NCBI GenBank assembly: GCA_047495785.1
Contig: JBLDXI010000029.1
Location: 2,356,001-2,420,000, forward strand
Reading direction: 5' to 3'
From: Lepidodermella squamata
Lineage: Eukaryota > Animalia > Gastrotricha
DNA: 64,000 bases
Part shown: one piece after another, positions 37,201 to 50,361 of the stretch
Layout of the letters: every line of letters begins with the position of its first letter
Numbering within the stretch: position 1 is the first letter of the stretch
Notes under the pieces: model-generated
Told to the model about the DNA's origin: nothing
Database searches by the model: none
What the model saw: the letters and a program-made list of their open reading frames with translations, nothing else
Translations under genes and position numbers: made by a program

Positions 37201-40200
37201 ATGGCTTGAGCCACTGTGGCGCAGGCCGAGTAGGGCGGGGGTAGTTCGGATACGCCCATTCGGCCCCAAACCAAATCGGTGCACAGTTTGACGATCAGCA
37301 AGTCTAAAGAACAAAACAAATAGGTTTTTAGAATATTCTACTAATTCAGTTACAATGCCAATTTCCAATTTTGTAATTTACCGATGAAGAAATAATTCAA
37401 AGAATAAATAATAATTTCCGTCAGGCTTGGAATTGATCCTAGCTTTTGCCTGATAAATTAGTCTATCAGAATTCATATTGTCAAGTTTCAATAATTCCTA
37501 CAGCATGTTCATTTATCTATAGGAATTGAAATTGAATCGCGTCGAATAGCATTAGCATTATAAGAACTACGAATATTCTCGCATGTCTTTGCTGTTGTTC
37601 ACATCAGAACGTGAAGGCCTAACCAAAAAGTCCCCCAGCTTAGGGTGGAATTGTGGCTGACGGCTGACCCGACTAATTTTGACTAATATTTATGTACATT
37701 TGTTATATATTTTATGTATATATCGATTTTCTGATTTGTTACTCTGATTCTTGTTTTCTTCAATTTTCCGGGATAACCCTTTGGCACCGTTCGGTCAGCA
37801 CGCTCCCTTTTTCTCTTCTTAGAAAGCGCTAGGAGAGAACAAGACTGGGTCGAAACAAAAATGGCGTCAATGGCTGGCAGGGCGGAAATTTTTGTCGCCC
37901 GAAATGCTCAATACGAGTGTTCAAATCGAGCATTCATTTTTCATTCATTCGGAATCATTTTCAACGGCTGCATCTATTCTACCTTCATCATCATCGCGGC
38001 ATACGTCTTCGTAGCATTCATGGAAAGCCGTGGATTCTTAGACTCAAGGGGAATCGACGGGCGTAGAACGGAACGATTTTTCAGGCTGGCTATAGAAACT
38101 ATTTCTTATATTTAACCTCCTTCCTCACGGGAGCTTCGGGGCTTTTAATAGGCAACGGCTCAGCTTTGTAGCTTTGCAACACAGTGGCTGGGACGAAAAC
38201 TGGCGCAGCTGGGGTCAGAAAATCCGGTCGGCTTTTCACGAGTTGGCACAAGTCAACCTTTTTGTTATCCGAATTTGTGTATTGAATTGTAGCGAAGACG
38301 CCAGATTTAGCGGCCGAAATGACTTTGACATCGACCGATGCGTCGAAAATGCCCTCTCGCTCCAACGTTTCCGCCGTTTCTGGGAATCCAAGTTTTATGT
38401 CCTGCGCCGCCGTAATAGGCCGTTAGCAGTTGTTCCGATTAGCAGATTGAACTTCGGGTTCTTCTAAACTTTTAGAGGCTAACGTCAGACGATATTTCAG
38501 TTTCGCTTTCAGGTTTTGATGAGACTATTGCGTCATTTATGCAGTTCAAATTAAAACCGAAATTTATTCCTAGAGAAAACGTTAGATGAAAGCAAGAAGG
38601 TTTGACCGATCACTTCGTTAGCGGGGCGTTGTTAAAGTCATATCGGCAGCAATCCAATCGAACTCAACATCATCACAGCACAGAGTGACTCGGTGGCGAT
38701 TTTCTCTCAAACGTTGGTGAGTTTTTAGCTGATTTTTCAGTAAGACGTCGCGACCCAAGGTGATGACGCATCCGTCAGATCCAAGAAGTAATTAAGCGGA
38801 TCTAGAGGCTTGAACCACTGGTCGTAGTTTTTTCCAACAAAAAACCGTGATAAAAAATTAGAATATTTAAACCATAAGGTTATTATTGATTTTTCCTGTA
38901 AATTTTGAGAATTTTTTCAATTTCTATCTGAAATTTGGCAATCTAATCTCAATATAGTGTGTTTGCCTTGAACGATACAAAGTGAGCCTGTCTCAATGTA
39001 CACTCAATTAGTGTCATTAGTGTCGATTTTGACCTTCGCAATCGTTCGACCAACAGCGCTGTTTTCGGCCGATTTCTTATTTTCAACTTGATATCGACAT
39101 CCCACCGATTTGACCGAAAGTTTTGTTCTAGTTCGTCCGCAACATCGACAATCTCGTCTTTGCGGATCAATTTCACCGCGACTTCGCTGTTTTCATCCCG
39201 CTGTGGCACCAAACTGAGGGTAACATCCCGCTCGTGAACTGCCTCTCGGAACGCCTCGGCGGCTTCTTGCGGCCATTCAGCGCCTACATATGATTGAATG
39301 ATCGATAAGACAGTAGCTTCGAATCCAATCGATACTGCGCAGTCTATCAGTCCAACCATATCGGATTTTTCATTTAGTTCTAACAATCGGCCGATGGGTA
39401 TTCAATAAAAGCCCGGAATTTAGCCTGATGTACATCGTGGAGCCAGATCGATCCAATGCAGCGAAAAGGTCGCTCATGAGCCAGTATAAGGTCAACTCTT
39501 TCAAACGTATCAACTTCCCTGTGTCAGAAGAGCTATTTACGCAGTGGATGAAACAGTCAGAACTTCTGTGTAACGCCCACAAATCTCATCTCCGACACCC
39601 TGTTCCTAATTGTGCAAAGTACTGCTATACCTTTTCAGTGTGTCTTCGATTGCTTTATCGAAATCTGAAGCCTGAAAAATTTGCGGATCTCTTGTTCGCC
39701 GCTAAAATCTCGTCGAACCATAGGGGCCGAGATTTGAAGAAGGAAATTAAGAGGGCCAACAAACACGACTGCGGCTTACAATGGTGCCACCGCCTCACGC
39801 GCTTCAACGTTGTGTCTTTTATTTAGGTTGGCCCCGTCTGGGATGACCAGGGTCGTCCTGGACCCATGCTATCCGCTTCCTACCCCGCCGGATGCGACTA
39901 TGATTGCGATGCAACGGTTGGAACAGGTACGGCAGCAAGCGGTGGGGAATTGCAACCCCGACAACCTCAGCAAGCTCAGCAACTTCAACCCCATTGGGCC
40001 ATTGGGCTCGAAAAAATTATCAAAATCAAAATGTCAATTTTTATCGAGCCAAATTAATTGAGAGAAGTAATGCATTTCGAATTTGACCCAAAGGAATCCT
40101 CTTCGTTCGTACATCTGAACGAAAACGCCCGCGCTGTGCAGTAATGTTGATTTTATTACTATCAAATCAGCTTGCCGACGGGCGATGAAGCCGAAACTGA

Positions 40201-43200
40201 AGGTCATCAATTTTTGCCGAATTTCAATAGGAAAAACAACAGAAAAAAGGAGTACAGTCGCCTCGATGAAACTCGCCACCAGGAAGAGCCGGAAACGGAT
40301 GAAAAAGGGGGGAAACATTTACAAATATGTCATTTTCTGCGGCACCTCCTAAAATAGTATTTTCAGCATTTTCAGCAAATGGCTTGAAGTGGCACGATTC
40401 TGAGATTCCTCGATGTTCTTTGTCAGTATTCTTGAGGACTTTAAATTTTCAAACTACATACCTCTAGGAAACTCCCATCCAACTCAATAGAGGGGGGACC
40501 CCAAAGTGTCGCCGAAAATACTTATCGCTTTAGGTCGACGTAATAGCACTAGCTTGAAATTGTGTTTCAATGATTCAATGATTAATTAATACAATTAAAT
40601 AATTTTCCCAGCCAGCCATAAAATGCAAATTTAGCTTACCAGTTGATTTATTTCCAACCACTTTGTTCAGCAGCAACGCATCGGCCGTGTAGCTGTGTTC
40701 CAGCAAATCGTCGAGCAGCACCCGAAACGCGAGTTGGCCAAGCTCGGACGACGCAAGCGACGGCAGCACCTTATTGCCATTCGACGCACTCGTCGTTTGC
40801 TCCTCCAAATCATACCGACACTGCAACAGGCGATTCGTCGCAGAACTTCGGCTCGAACTCAGCGATGACTCGAAGTACTTCTCAAACAAAATCGCAGCCG
40901 GGGACGGCGGCAATTTCTCGCCAGGATTCGGCAAATCAGGCAGCGAATCGCAGTAGAATTGCAGGAAATTCGAATAGAACGTATAGAAAATATTCGCTTT
41001 CGGTATCCAATTCTCGGCATCGCTGATAATCGCCGACAGCCTCGCGATTTCATACGACACCATCGCTCGTTCAAGGGGGGTTTTACAGCTCTCGTCCAGT
41101 AATGTCTGCAAAAAGCCGAGCAGCATATCATTCGAAACAGCCATAGCCGTGACTGATTGCCGCCGAGCCTCCGTAAAAGTTCTCCAATAATCAATCAATT
41201 TTTCAACAGAAGCCGCCTCGGTTTCAGTCGTCATTCGGCTGTAGCGATGGCGAAATTCTTTAAGGAGAATCTCGCCCAGTGAAATGCCGAGTAATTGCCC
41301 GACTAAACGAGCTCGGATGTATTGACCCCGAGACTGGAGTTCGCCTATCAGGGACCAATTAACGTTATCAACATCGTCGCCTAGCAACTTCGCAATCGGT
41401 TGTTGCTGCAATTTTTCAGTAGAATTATCGTCCGGGGTCGATACCATTTGATTAGCGAGCCCGAGTAGTTGCTTCGGCGATAATCGAAGCGGCCATAGCA
41501 CGACATCAGCAATTCGACATTCGTTGAAAACTTCGAGCAGCTTGATCAGATACATGTTGATCATCTCGGCGAGATACAACAATCGGGCTAGGAATAGCCC
41601 GGCTATTGCTGAAACCGCCTCAACAGGCATTTCCGGGCACATCATTTGCGCGTCGTAGAACTCAACAGCCAGGACGAACTGGTTCAAATCCGAGTGAAAT
41701 TCTTCAATACTTTGCTGGGTAGTCAGCGAAACTGCCGATTTGAACAGCTTAACCAATGGGCAGGACGGTAGTAGAATCGTGAAACCGTCAAGAAGCGTTT
41801 TATACGCCCGTTTAGCGCTTAGATGGTCGATAGCCGTTGCCAGGGTGTTCAAAACAGGGTTCTTCCCGAATGACGGGTTTGAAGTCGCGGGCAAATGATG
41901 CAAAATTTGGTCGTTATTCGGCGAATTCGATGCATTTTCCGGGGTAATATCCGGGTAATAGCACTGAAAATACGCGACGAGACACGCCAGTCGATCAGCC
42001 CGGGGTAGGCAAGCAGCGTAGATCGCGCAAACCGGGTTTTTCGTGCGGTAAACGGCCTCGATGAAATCTTCAAATTCAAACTCGGTCGAGTCGGACTTCG
42101 AATCGCGAACTGCGGCTGAAACTTGAAGGACAACACTCAACAGGTCCTGCTCACGTTGGTAGATGACTGAGGAAGTTTTGTGAAGGCGACGAGCTGGTTG
42201 AGGCGTGCTGCTGTTCGAACTACCTGGTTTCTTCCGGGTTTTCGCGGTTTCTTCATCACTATCCGAACTTTCGCCGGCCTTTTTCTTTTGAACACGTTTT
42301 CTACGGGTCGAGCGTCTTCGCGTTAGATTTGGAGTCGACCTATCCCCAGTTTCTTCAAGCTCCGCGGTTTTTTTGAGTAAAACAGCCGCGACACCTCGAG
42401 CTGTTTTAATGACATGGCTCTTCAAATGCGGGTCGGAAAACCAGGAGGCTAGTTGCAAAATTTCATCGGGATCAACCTGCAACACCTCAGCGTACGTGAA
42501 AAAGCCGATCCAGTTATTGGAAGTCGCTAGGCTGATCAAAAGCCGCGACCAGGCTGGCCTCAAATCCCCGCCCTGTTCGTTACTCAGCCGATCTAGCACG
42601 GTCAGGGTCGAAACAGAAGTGTATAAATCGTAGTTTATCGAGCTTAATTCGGCTAAACAAATCGATTCAAGGTCAGTAATGTAACGCTCCGGCTTCGAAA
42701 ACGCCAATTTGCAAAACGTGACCGGGGAGTAAGGACTCGGGGCCGGCATGGTCGATGGAATCGGGGTGCTAGTCATACTACTGGACATAACACTCGCATC
42801 AGCCAAATTGTTGTTCAAAAGTCGCAAAATACAAATGGCACATTGCAATTTTTCGGGTGAAAAGCCGAGCATTGTCAGTAGCAGAATGCAAGAAGCGACT
42901 ATTGGGGCGTTATCAGCGTTTTCAATCGCTAAATTGAACACTTTTTCCTCGAGACGGGCTCGATTTTTCGACAGCGCTGCTGCGTTGTATTTGCCAGAGG
43001 ACAGTAAATGTTGTAGGACTGCGCGTAACGGCCGGCCGAAACCTAGGTAAGACACGGGTTCAGGACGCCTCAGCCGGGTCGGGGCTGGTCTTTGGTGTTG
43101 AAGCGGCACGGCTGCGATTGAGGCGCGGAGAAAAGCGGGCGGGAATGCGTCTTCCTGCGAAAAAGTCTCGGCCAAACTCTCACCAGCCTCTTCAGTCGCG

Positions 43201-45164
43201 AGATAATTCGCACTCTGAAAGCCGAATAGTTTCGTAACATCGAAAACCATATTCGACCTCAACAACGTGTACAACAACCGAGAATCTTCCAATTTCACAT
43301 CACCCTTGTCGTGGAAAAGAGACGTCAAAAAGCCGGAATAACGAGCTAAATTAGCCGGTTGTTCAATTTCGAAATCAACGACGGGTTTTTGCGTTAGTTG
43401 CCGGATAAAATGACCGTATAGCTGCTCGGTTATATTAAGGTGGCCCTCGGCGAATCGAACGCATTCTTCTACGAAATTTTCGTCGAGAACGCGGCCATTC
43501 CCGTCGTCTCCAATCAAATATTGGCGTGATTTTTCGAAAAATTGCGCCCAAATCGGTTTCTCTGCCAACTGATCGACATATCTCGCAAATTTCAGCGAAT
43601 CATTGTGGCAAAGTGATAGAAAAACGTTGACATAACCGCGTTCACAGCAAATTTTCGCGATTTCCGCCAGCAACCGCTCGTTTTGCGCATCAGTGTAACG
43701 AATTGTTAAATGCTCATTAGTCGGCGATCGAGAGCATGCAACCAGCCGAGCAGCTTCACTAAGACTCAGCGAATCAAACACATTTTCGATTTGACTTTTC
43801 AACTCAGGCGACGACATATCAACAGCTAGCAACGCCTTTTCTCGCACAAAAGCCGGGACTTGCGCGTCAGTCTTCATCAGAAATTCGATTAAGCTGGGTT
43901 GCTGCGTTTTTGCCAATTGTAGAATTTTGTGAAATTCAGCTTTCAATGTCATTAGGTCTATATCATCGCTGGTTGGTATTTCAGACGGGGTCATGGTAGT
44001 CATGCCTTTCAAAGCATGACACGCCGCTTGAATTCGATGCCTTTCAACCGGGCTCAGCTGCTTAATCCAGGCGAAAGGGAACGGAATTGGCTCGCAGGTA
44101 TGTTGGGCCAACTGAAATTTGCCATCACTAGTTTGCTTGCGATGATAATATTTTAGAACAGGATCAAGACTTGCCGGTGAAAATTGGCCATTTTGCTCGG
44201 AAAAGATGTCAACCATACCCTTCAAAACACACGGGCAGCTGTTGAAACAACTCGACAATGTCGCGAAAACGGCAACAGCATCAACTGGGGGTAGATGACC
44301 TATTTCGCCGAGCAGGCAAATCGCATTTTCCGAAATGTGCCAATCGTATGTTTGATCAGCTATTGACGAAAAGTCCGAAACTGGGTCTCGACCAGCGTTG
44401 GTCAAAACTTCTGCGGCGGCTAGTGATTTTCCGTGGCGGAGTAGCTCGCACGACGACGGGAGGACACTACTTTCATATAACGAGCTGATATTAGCTGATT
44501 TCAGCGAAAATTCATGCTCAACAGGTTTTGACAACGAATTAGCCACAGCTGATTGAAAAAGCGGTAATTGATTAGAATTTAGCGCCGAGACAACTAGGAC
44601 TGGTTGAATCGGGTTAGAACCAGCATGGTCGACCTGTTCCTCCCAATCCTCGTACTGGCGGGGTAGGATTTTTTCAGCCTCGCGATTTTTCAGCTGTTTC
44701 AAATGGTCCTTCTTATGCAACTGGTCTCTCATAGCTGATAGAAACATAGCAAATCGGTTCAAAGGCTGGCATAGCTCGGCTTTAGCTGATTCGCTGGTTT
44801 GGGCGGATTGATGGCGAAATAATTGGCTGATCATTTCCTCACAAAACGGTATAGCCACCCCGTAGAAACTGGTAGTGGCATCAGGAATTCGATCGCCATC
44901 ATCATCTTCGTCCGATTTTTCGCTACTTTCAACAGTTTCCAGTGCACTGAAAGAGGCGGCCAAGTATTTTCCCAATAAATCATCATCAGCCCGAGTTATA
45001 GCTTGAGCAGCACCTTGAAATATATTTTTCTCAGAAATGTTCTTCCTTAAATATTTTTTCGTAAAAATACCATTGGTCAACTGAGCTAGCACGAAAGACG
45101 TCACATATTGCTGATTCAAGCCAACGGAACATCGCAAAATCTCTAAAAGCGCATCCGTGTCCAT
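34204..45164 (-). CDS. SPG11: Spatacsin (exons 45164-45071, 45013-40640, 37303-35853, 34515-34312, 34257-34204)
   Basis: ~2100-aa helical protein; C-terminal motifs ILVHAHNAFALTNNVEGIA and LLVKMLHNIGRYGEMSYILDIL, plus FESLIIAEAY..DYWAEAVF, resemble the spatacsin C-terminal domain; splice phases consistent. Confidence 0.85.
35200..35470 (+). pseudogene. Decayed fragment of an uncharacterised protein, antisense in an SPG11 intron
   Basis: Protein-like segments GSFKLSGNP and GDQMRFGAFGNSACQAVANAVKDNWY in different frames. Confidence 0.3.
37870..39386 (-). pseudogene. Degenerate multi-Tudor (extended Tudor/SN-like) gene fragments in an SPG11 intron
   Basis: Two segments fit the eTudor C-terminal pattern: WPQEAAEAFREAVHERDVTLSLV...VAVKL...VDVADEL and FPETAETLEREGIFDASVDVKVIS...VFATI...VDL; separated by stops and frameshifts. 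Confidence 0.45.
39392..39600 (+). pseudogene. BACK-domain-like fragment in an SPG11 intron
   Basis: RWVFNKSPE...KRINFPVSEELF...SELLCNAHKSHL resembles the RW..VRFPL..LL.EA..YHL end of BACK domains. Confidence 0.3.
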
Positions 45165-45224
45165 TCTAAAAAAATTCAAAAACAATTAAGGAGGGTATTT
45201 TATATTCGCATTTTTATTTTTATT
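45165..45224 (-). promoter_or_regulatory. DHX8 poly(A) signal followed by a splice acceptor directly before the SPG11 ATG (candidate trans-splice site)
   Basis: Minus strand AATAAA (45224-45219, 45218-45213) ... ttgtttttgaatttttttAG|aATG. Confidence 0.55.
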
Positions 45225-45307
45225 AAACGAGTTCAAATAAAAATTAGCGGCAAATGATGATGAACTTGGTTAGATTGAGCGATGAACACAACAACGGTAA
45301 CAATATT

Positions 45308-48300
45308 TCAGAAGGTGACCTTCGTGCGGAATTTCTTGCCAATAACGCGGGATAGACGCCACGAATTCGGCTCTTCGTACTTGTTGACGAGCGGCTCGAT
45401 TTTCTGGCCCTTTTTCTGCTTCGACAACTTCGTAGAATCGCCATGTTTAAAGAACTTCGGCGCAAATTCGACCAGCCAATGCGGATCGATGGCCGTGCAT
45501 TCACGCATATACTCCTTCGAAGTCATAACCAGCTCGTGGTAGACAACCCAGTCAGGTTGGTGTTGATAAAGCGCTGAAGACGGGTGGATATAGACCAGCT
45601 GAGCGTCGACTAAGGTTCGATACCCTTCTTGCGGGTCTTTTTTAGCCGCGTGACGGAAAAACCCAGATAAAATTGCTTTTTGAGCCCGGGCAGTCGCTTT
45701 CCCACAGCTAACCACGTCCAATTTGTGCCTGTCCATTATACCCAACATTTGCTTACGAATATCTTGAGCTCGCCGCAAAGTTCGAGCCTGGACAAAGTTC
45801 TCGAAACACCACGGATTTGAAAATTTATTATTTTTCCAGGCGTTGTAGACCGCAAGAAGGGTTAAATGATCCCCCTCAGACTGGTGAAACTTCGCCTTTC
45901 GCTGATCGGCAAGTTCAGCTTTTTCTTTAGGCCGGTAGAAAATGTTTTGAACCGACAGCAGCGAGACAATTGTCAAAATTTCGTCCGAACAGCCGAGTTG
46001 AACCGACATAATGAGCATTTTCGATAACATAGGTTCCAGCGGAAATTCAGCCATTCTTCGACCTAACCGGGTTAGAAGGCCTTCATCGTCCAGGGCAGAT
46101 AACGCGTGAAGTTGCTCCATCGCAGCGACAAGGGTTTGCACCTGGGGTGCGTCCATGAAGTCAAACGATAGCAAATCGTTGATACCAAGCGCTTTTAGCG
46201 ACAGAACAGTACCCGCTAAATTGGTACGTTGAATTTCGGGAACGGCTGATGGTAACATCTCATCACGATACGCGCGTTCTGTGTAGAGACGGTAGCATTT
46301 ACCAGGTCCGGTTCGACCGGCTCGACCCGCTCGCTGTTTCGCCTGGGCTTGAGAAATCGGAGTAACGACGAGTTGATCCATACCTGATTTCGGGTTATAG
46401 ACTTTTTGTTTGACAAAACCCGGGTCGACCACGTAGTAAATTCCATCGATGGTCAGACTGGTTTCGGCAATGTTAGTCGCAATGATAACTTTACGACTGC
46501 CAGGCGGTGCCGGGTCGAAAATTCGAGATTGCATTTCTGAGGGCAGAGCACCGTAAATTGGTAGAATAATAAGTTCAGGCACGTCGGTTCCAAGGGCTTT
46601 CATTCGATCGAACAAAATTTCACAGGCGGTGTCGATTTCTTCTTGACCAGTTAGAAAGACGAGAATATCACCAGGCGGTTCGGTCAGATGAATCTGCATA
46701 ACTGTAATCAGCGATGCGTCCAAATAATCGGTTTCGGGCTCCTTTGTATACAGGATTTCGACAGGGAATGATCGTCCTAAATAAATTAGAAATTATTAAA
46801 TAAAAATAATTTAAATATAAAATATAAAAAAAATTGAAAAATCCTCCTTAATATTTCTCTCAATTTTTCTTACCTGGAATAGTGAAAATCGGACTTCCGA
46901 AGAAGTAAGTACTGAATTTAACGGCATCAAGAGTCGCAGAAGTGATAATCAGCTTCAAATCCGGCCTCCGCTTAATCGTAGCTTTCATCAGACCAAATAA
47001 CACGTCAGTATGAATAGTTCGCTCGTGAGCCTCGTCCAAAATGATGAAAGAGTACGCCTTCAAATCTGGATCGACCAGGCACTCTCGCAGTAACATACCG
47101 TCAGTCATGTACTTGATGACAGTATCAGCTGATGTGCAGTCCTCGAAACGAATGGTATACCCGACTTCTTGGCCTAATCGGCATCCGAATTCTTCAGCGA
47201 CTCGTTTAGCGACTGACATCGCAGCGACACGACGAGGCTGGGTGCAGCCGATTTTACCCTTGGCGGTATAGCCAGCCTCAGCCAAATATTGCGTGGTTTG
47301 CGTTGTTTTACCACTGCCGGTCTCTCCAATTACAATCAAAATTTGGTTATCATTCACAGCTTTTATCAACTCGTCCTTCAGTTTTGCGATTGGAAGGCCC
47401 TGTCGCTGCTCCAAAATCGATCGCTTCTCCTTTTTGAACAAATTAGCTCGACTACCGGAGGCCATGTACTTTTTCCATTCTGGTACGTCGAGTAGCCCAC
47501 CGGATTTACCGACGGTTAAAGGTCTGTCCTGAGCCCCCATTCCTAGGGTGGGATCAGCGCCTCCTGAAGAAAATGGGTCTGTAAAGGTTTTCCCCATAGG
47601 AGCTGGGGCGGCAGGGAGCGCGGATTTCTGAGACTCCTGTTCCTTCATAATTCGCTCCTGTTGCTTAATCTCACGGCGTTCTTTCTGCAAAGCCGCTTGC
47701 ATCATTGAAGACTGGGCCAAGGAACCGTCGGGATTTTTCACAATTTTCACAGGCTCCAGGTCGAGAAGTGACTGACGGCCGTAGCCGCGGAGAAAAGCCG
47801 GTTCTTCCTCGACCAGTTCGATTTCAACGTCTTCATCCGATTCTTCAGCCTCCTTGAAAATAGCGCCTGTCTCATCGTCGAAATCAGGAAGTTCGTTCAT
47901 AGATATACCACCGCCGGCTAACATTTGCTTCAATTCAAAACGCTCGGGGCTGGATAAGCGTTTACAGCGACCTCGTTCCATGTCGCTAGAGGCGATATTA
48001 GTCGAGCCGGTAACAATGTCAAGCCGAGACACGCCTGATCTACCGCCTTCACCCGATTCTCCGGGTCTTTCCGGATTTCGACCAGTTGCTTCGGATTCGG
48101 TGAGACCGCCTAGACCAGCGCGAAGTCGTTCGGTCCTTTCCGGGTTTTCGTCTTTACCGGTTTCTTGATTCACGTCTTTCATCGATAGACCCGTCCGATT
48201 TCCGGTAAATGACAGACATTTTACGAACACTTTTTGACCTCGTTTCACGAAATCTCCGACATTATTAACTCGACCCTCGCGCCGTAGTTCGGAAATGTGG

Positions 48301-49210
48301 CATAAACCTTCGTACGACTTGACTAAACCCTCAAGGCGGATGAAACAGCCGAACTGCATAATACTAGAGATAGTTCCTTCGTAAACATCACCAACGATTG
48401 GCTGGAGAGGTTTCCGGGGTTTTGACGATAGGTCGCCAGCTTTTCGGTGAGACTCGCGGCTCGGTGGAGAAGGAGACCTGCGACGCCGATGCCTATCGCG
48501 AGACCTGCTCCGTGACCTTGATCGACTACGTGAACGAGATCGGCTTCTAGACCGACGTCTATCCCTGTCTCGCTTGTGATGGCGGCGATCGTCACGGTCG
48601 TCACGGCGATCTCTGTCACGATCTCGGCGGTCTGAGTCCTTGGAAGTAGGCTGGGGAGGGGGCTGCTTAGCCTGCTGTAGCATAGCCTCCAGGTCATCTA
48701 ACATGCTGGAAACAACGGCTTGATCAGAGCCAGGTTCTGCCGGTTCTTTAGGAGCACTATCAGTCTTCAATTCAGAATCCAACATGGTCTAAAAACAATT
48801 GAAAATTGAAATCCAGCAATCGCATGAAAAGAAAAATTTTGACATACCCGAACTTTAGGATCATCCGGTATGCAAAGCCCAGGAAATAACTGCTTCTTCA
48901 ACTCGCGATCATCGACGTTTTCTTTAGACGTGCCTCCTCCAGAATCCCCACTTGGAGCACTGGGCTGCGGTTTCGCCTTTTTCGGCTTCATTTTCTGGAT
49001 CAGACGTAGCAAATTCGCTACAAAAGAGTCAGAAAACTCTGCCCCTGACTCGTTCAGTGCTTTTCTGAAGGCGGTGAAGGTTGGGTGCTCTTCAGCCATT
49101 GCAATGATAAATTCGGCAAGGTCTTTGTCATTTAGACCCAAATGGTTGTCCAACTCGGTGCATATTTTTGATACCAGCGATAAATATTCTAATTGCTCTA
49201 CAGTGTCCAT
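45308..49210 (-). CDS. DHX8: ATP-dependent RNA helicase DHX8/Prp22 (exons 49210-48848, 48788-46874, 46776-45308)
   Basis: [20 protein letters not shown]-terminus, RS repeat, S1 domain, [42 protein letters not shown]. Confidence 0.97.
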
Positions 49211-49329
49211 TTTATATTGACCTAAAGAAAGATGAAATACAATGTTAACAGATTGATGAGGTCAAAATCGTGGAAGAAAATCAAAAATCACGGTGCAAGC
49301 ATTCTGTCATCATCACATGAGCTTTTCAT

Positions 49330-50361
49330 TCAAATGCCAAGACGCCAGCGCCGGTATTTATGCAACAGTAAGCCAACCCAGGAATAAACAGTTTCGCCTC
49401 CAAATTTGAACAAGGCCAACTGAATTTCGTGTGGACCCCAGCCGGTTAATTCAATCAAAGGAAAAGATTGAGAAAATACATCTGATTTCAACGCTTTGTC
49501 TAGGGCATTAAATGCCGAAGCTGTAAAACGATCAACCGAAGGACATGCAGCGGAATGGCTAGTGTACCAATAAGCTGTCATGTCTGTTAACAAATACGAT
49601 GGCTTCAACAGTGTCACGCAAAGCTTTCTCTCGGTGTAGAGGTGTTTAGCCTCAAGCGCCAAACACTTTGAAAGAAAATCCATGAATTGCTTTGATGCTG
49701 AGTATATGCCCTGGAGAGGCAGAGGGTAGGCAGCAGCAACAGAGCCGATATTGATAATGAGAAGTTTGCAATTGCTCTTAGACTGCTTTTTATAATTTAG
49801 AATGTTATAAAGAATCCAGGCAGGAGCAAAACAATTGACGATAGCAATGCGGCGCAAGAGATCTGGATCCGCTTCAGTAATGTATAGCGGAGTATCAAAT
49901 ATCTGACCAGCATTATTAACGACTACGGCAATTTCCAAAGACCTCAGTGAATCGAATACACCAACATTGGTACTCAAGTCACTCTCCAGATCAGCGCCAA
50001 TAGTTGCAATTTTGCAAGAAGGGTGAATTGTCTTGATCTCTCTGCCTAAATCCTCTAACTTATCCAGACTCCGCCCAATTAAAACGAGGGAGAAACCCAA
50101 GTCAGCAAGCCGCATGGTAACGGCTTTCCCGAGACCACGAGTGGGCCCTGTAACAACCGCATATCGTGTAAATCTTTCACCAGCAAGCTCTTTCCAAGAG
50201 TCGACTGTTGATGGTAACATGTACCGATGAATCAGGCGGGCAAAAGAAAGCAAAACGTTAGCAGTCCACTTGGCAACAAATGCGCCGCCAATAACACGCA
50301 AACAGATTGTGGTTGCATCACCTTGAAACATCGATTGTGCGGTGCGAATGAAGTGAGACAT
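49330..50361 (-). CDS. Short-chain dehydrogenase/reductase, HSD17B12 / very-long-chain 3-oxoacyl-CoA reductase-like, single exon
   Basis: AVVTGPTRGLG, VLIGRSLDKL, VVVNNAG, INIGS, catalytic YSASK; hydrophobic N-terminus. Confidence 0.9.
   Translation of the reverse strand: MSHFIRTAQSMFQGDATTICLRVIGGAFVAKWTANVLLSFARLIHRYMLPSTVDSWKELAGERFTRYAVVTGPTRGLGKAVTMRLADLGFSLVLIGRSLDKLEDLGREIKTIHPSCKIATIGADLESDLSTNVGVFDSLRSLEIAVVVNNAGQIFDTPLYITEADPDLLRRIAIVNCFAPAWILYNILNYKKQSKSNCKLLIINIGSVAAAYPLPLQGIYSASKQFMDFLSKCLALEAKHLYTERKLCVTLLKPSYLLTDMTAYWYTSHSAACPSVDRFTASAFNALDKALKSDVFSQSFPLIELTGWGPHEIQLALFKFGGETVYSWVGLLLHKYRRWRLGI

Noticed and set aside
48480-48630. Repetitive tract resembling a tandem or CRISPR-like repeat
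   Set aside because: It encodes the RS/RD domain of DHX8; no repeat-spacer structure and the DNA is eukaryotic
40643-50230. Many 60-130 aa ORFs overlapping SPG11, DHX8 and SDR
   Set aside because: Antisense or alternative-frame shadows of long real exons
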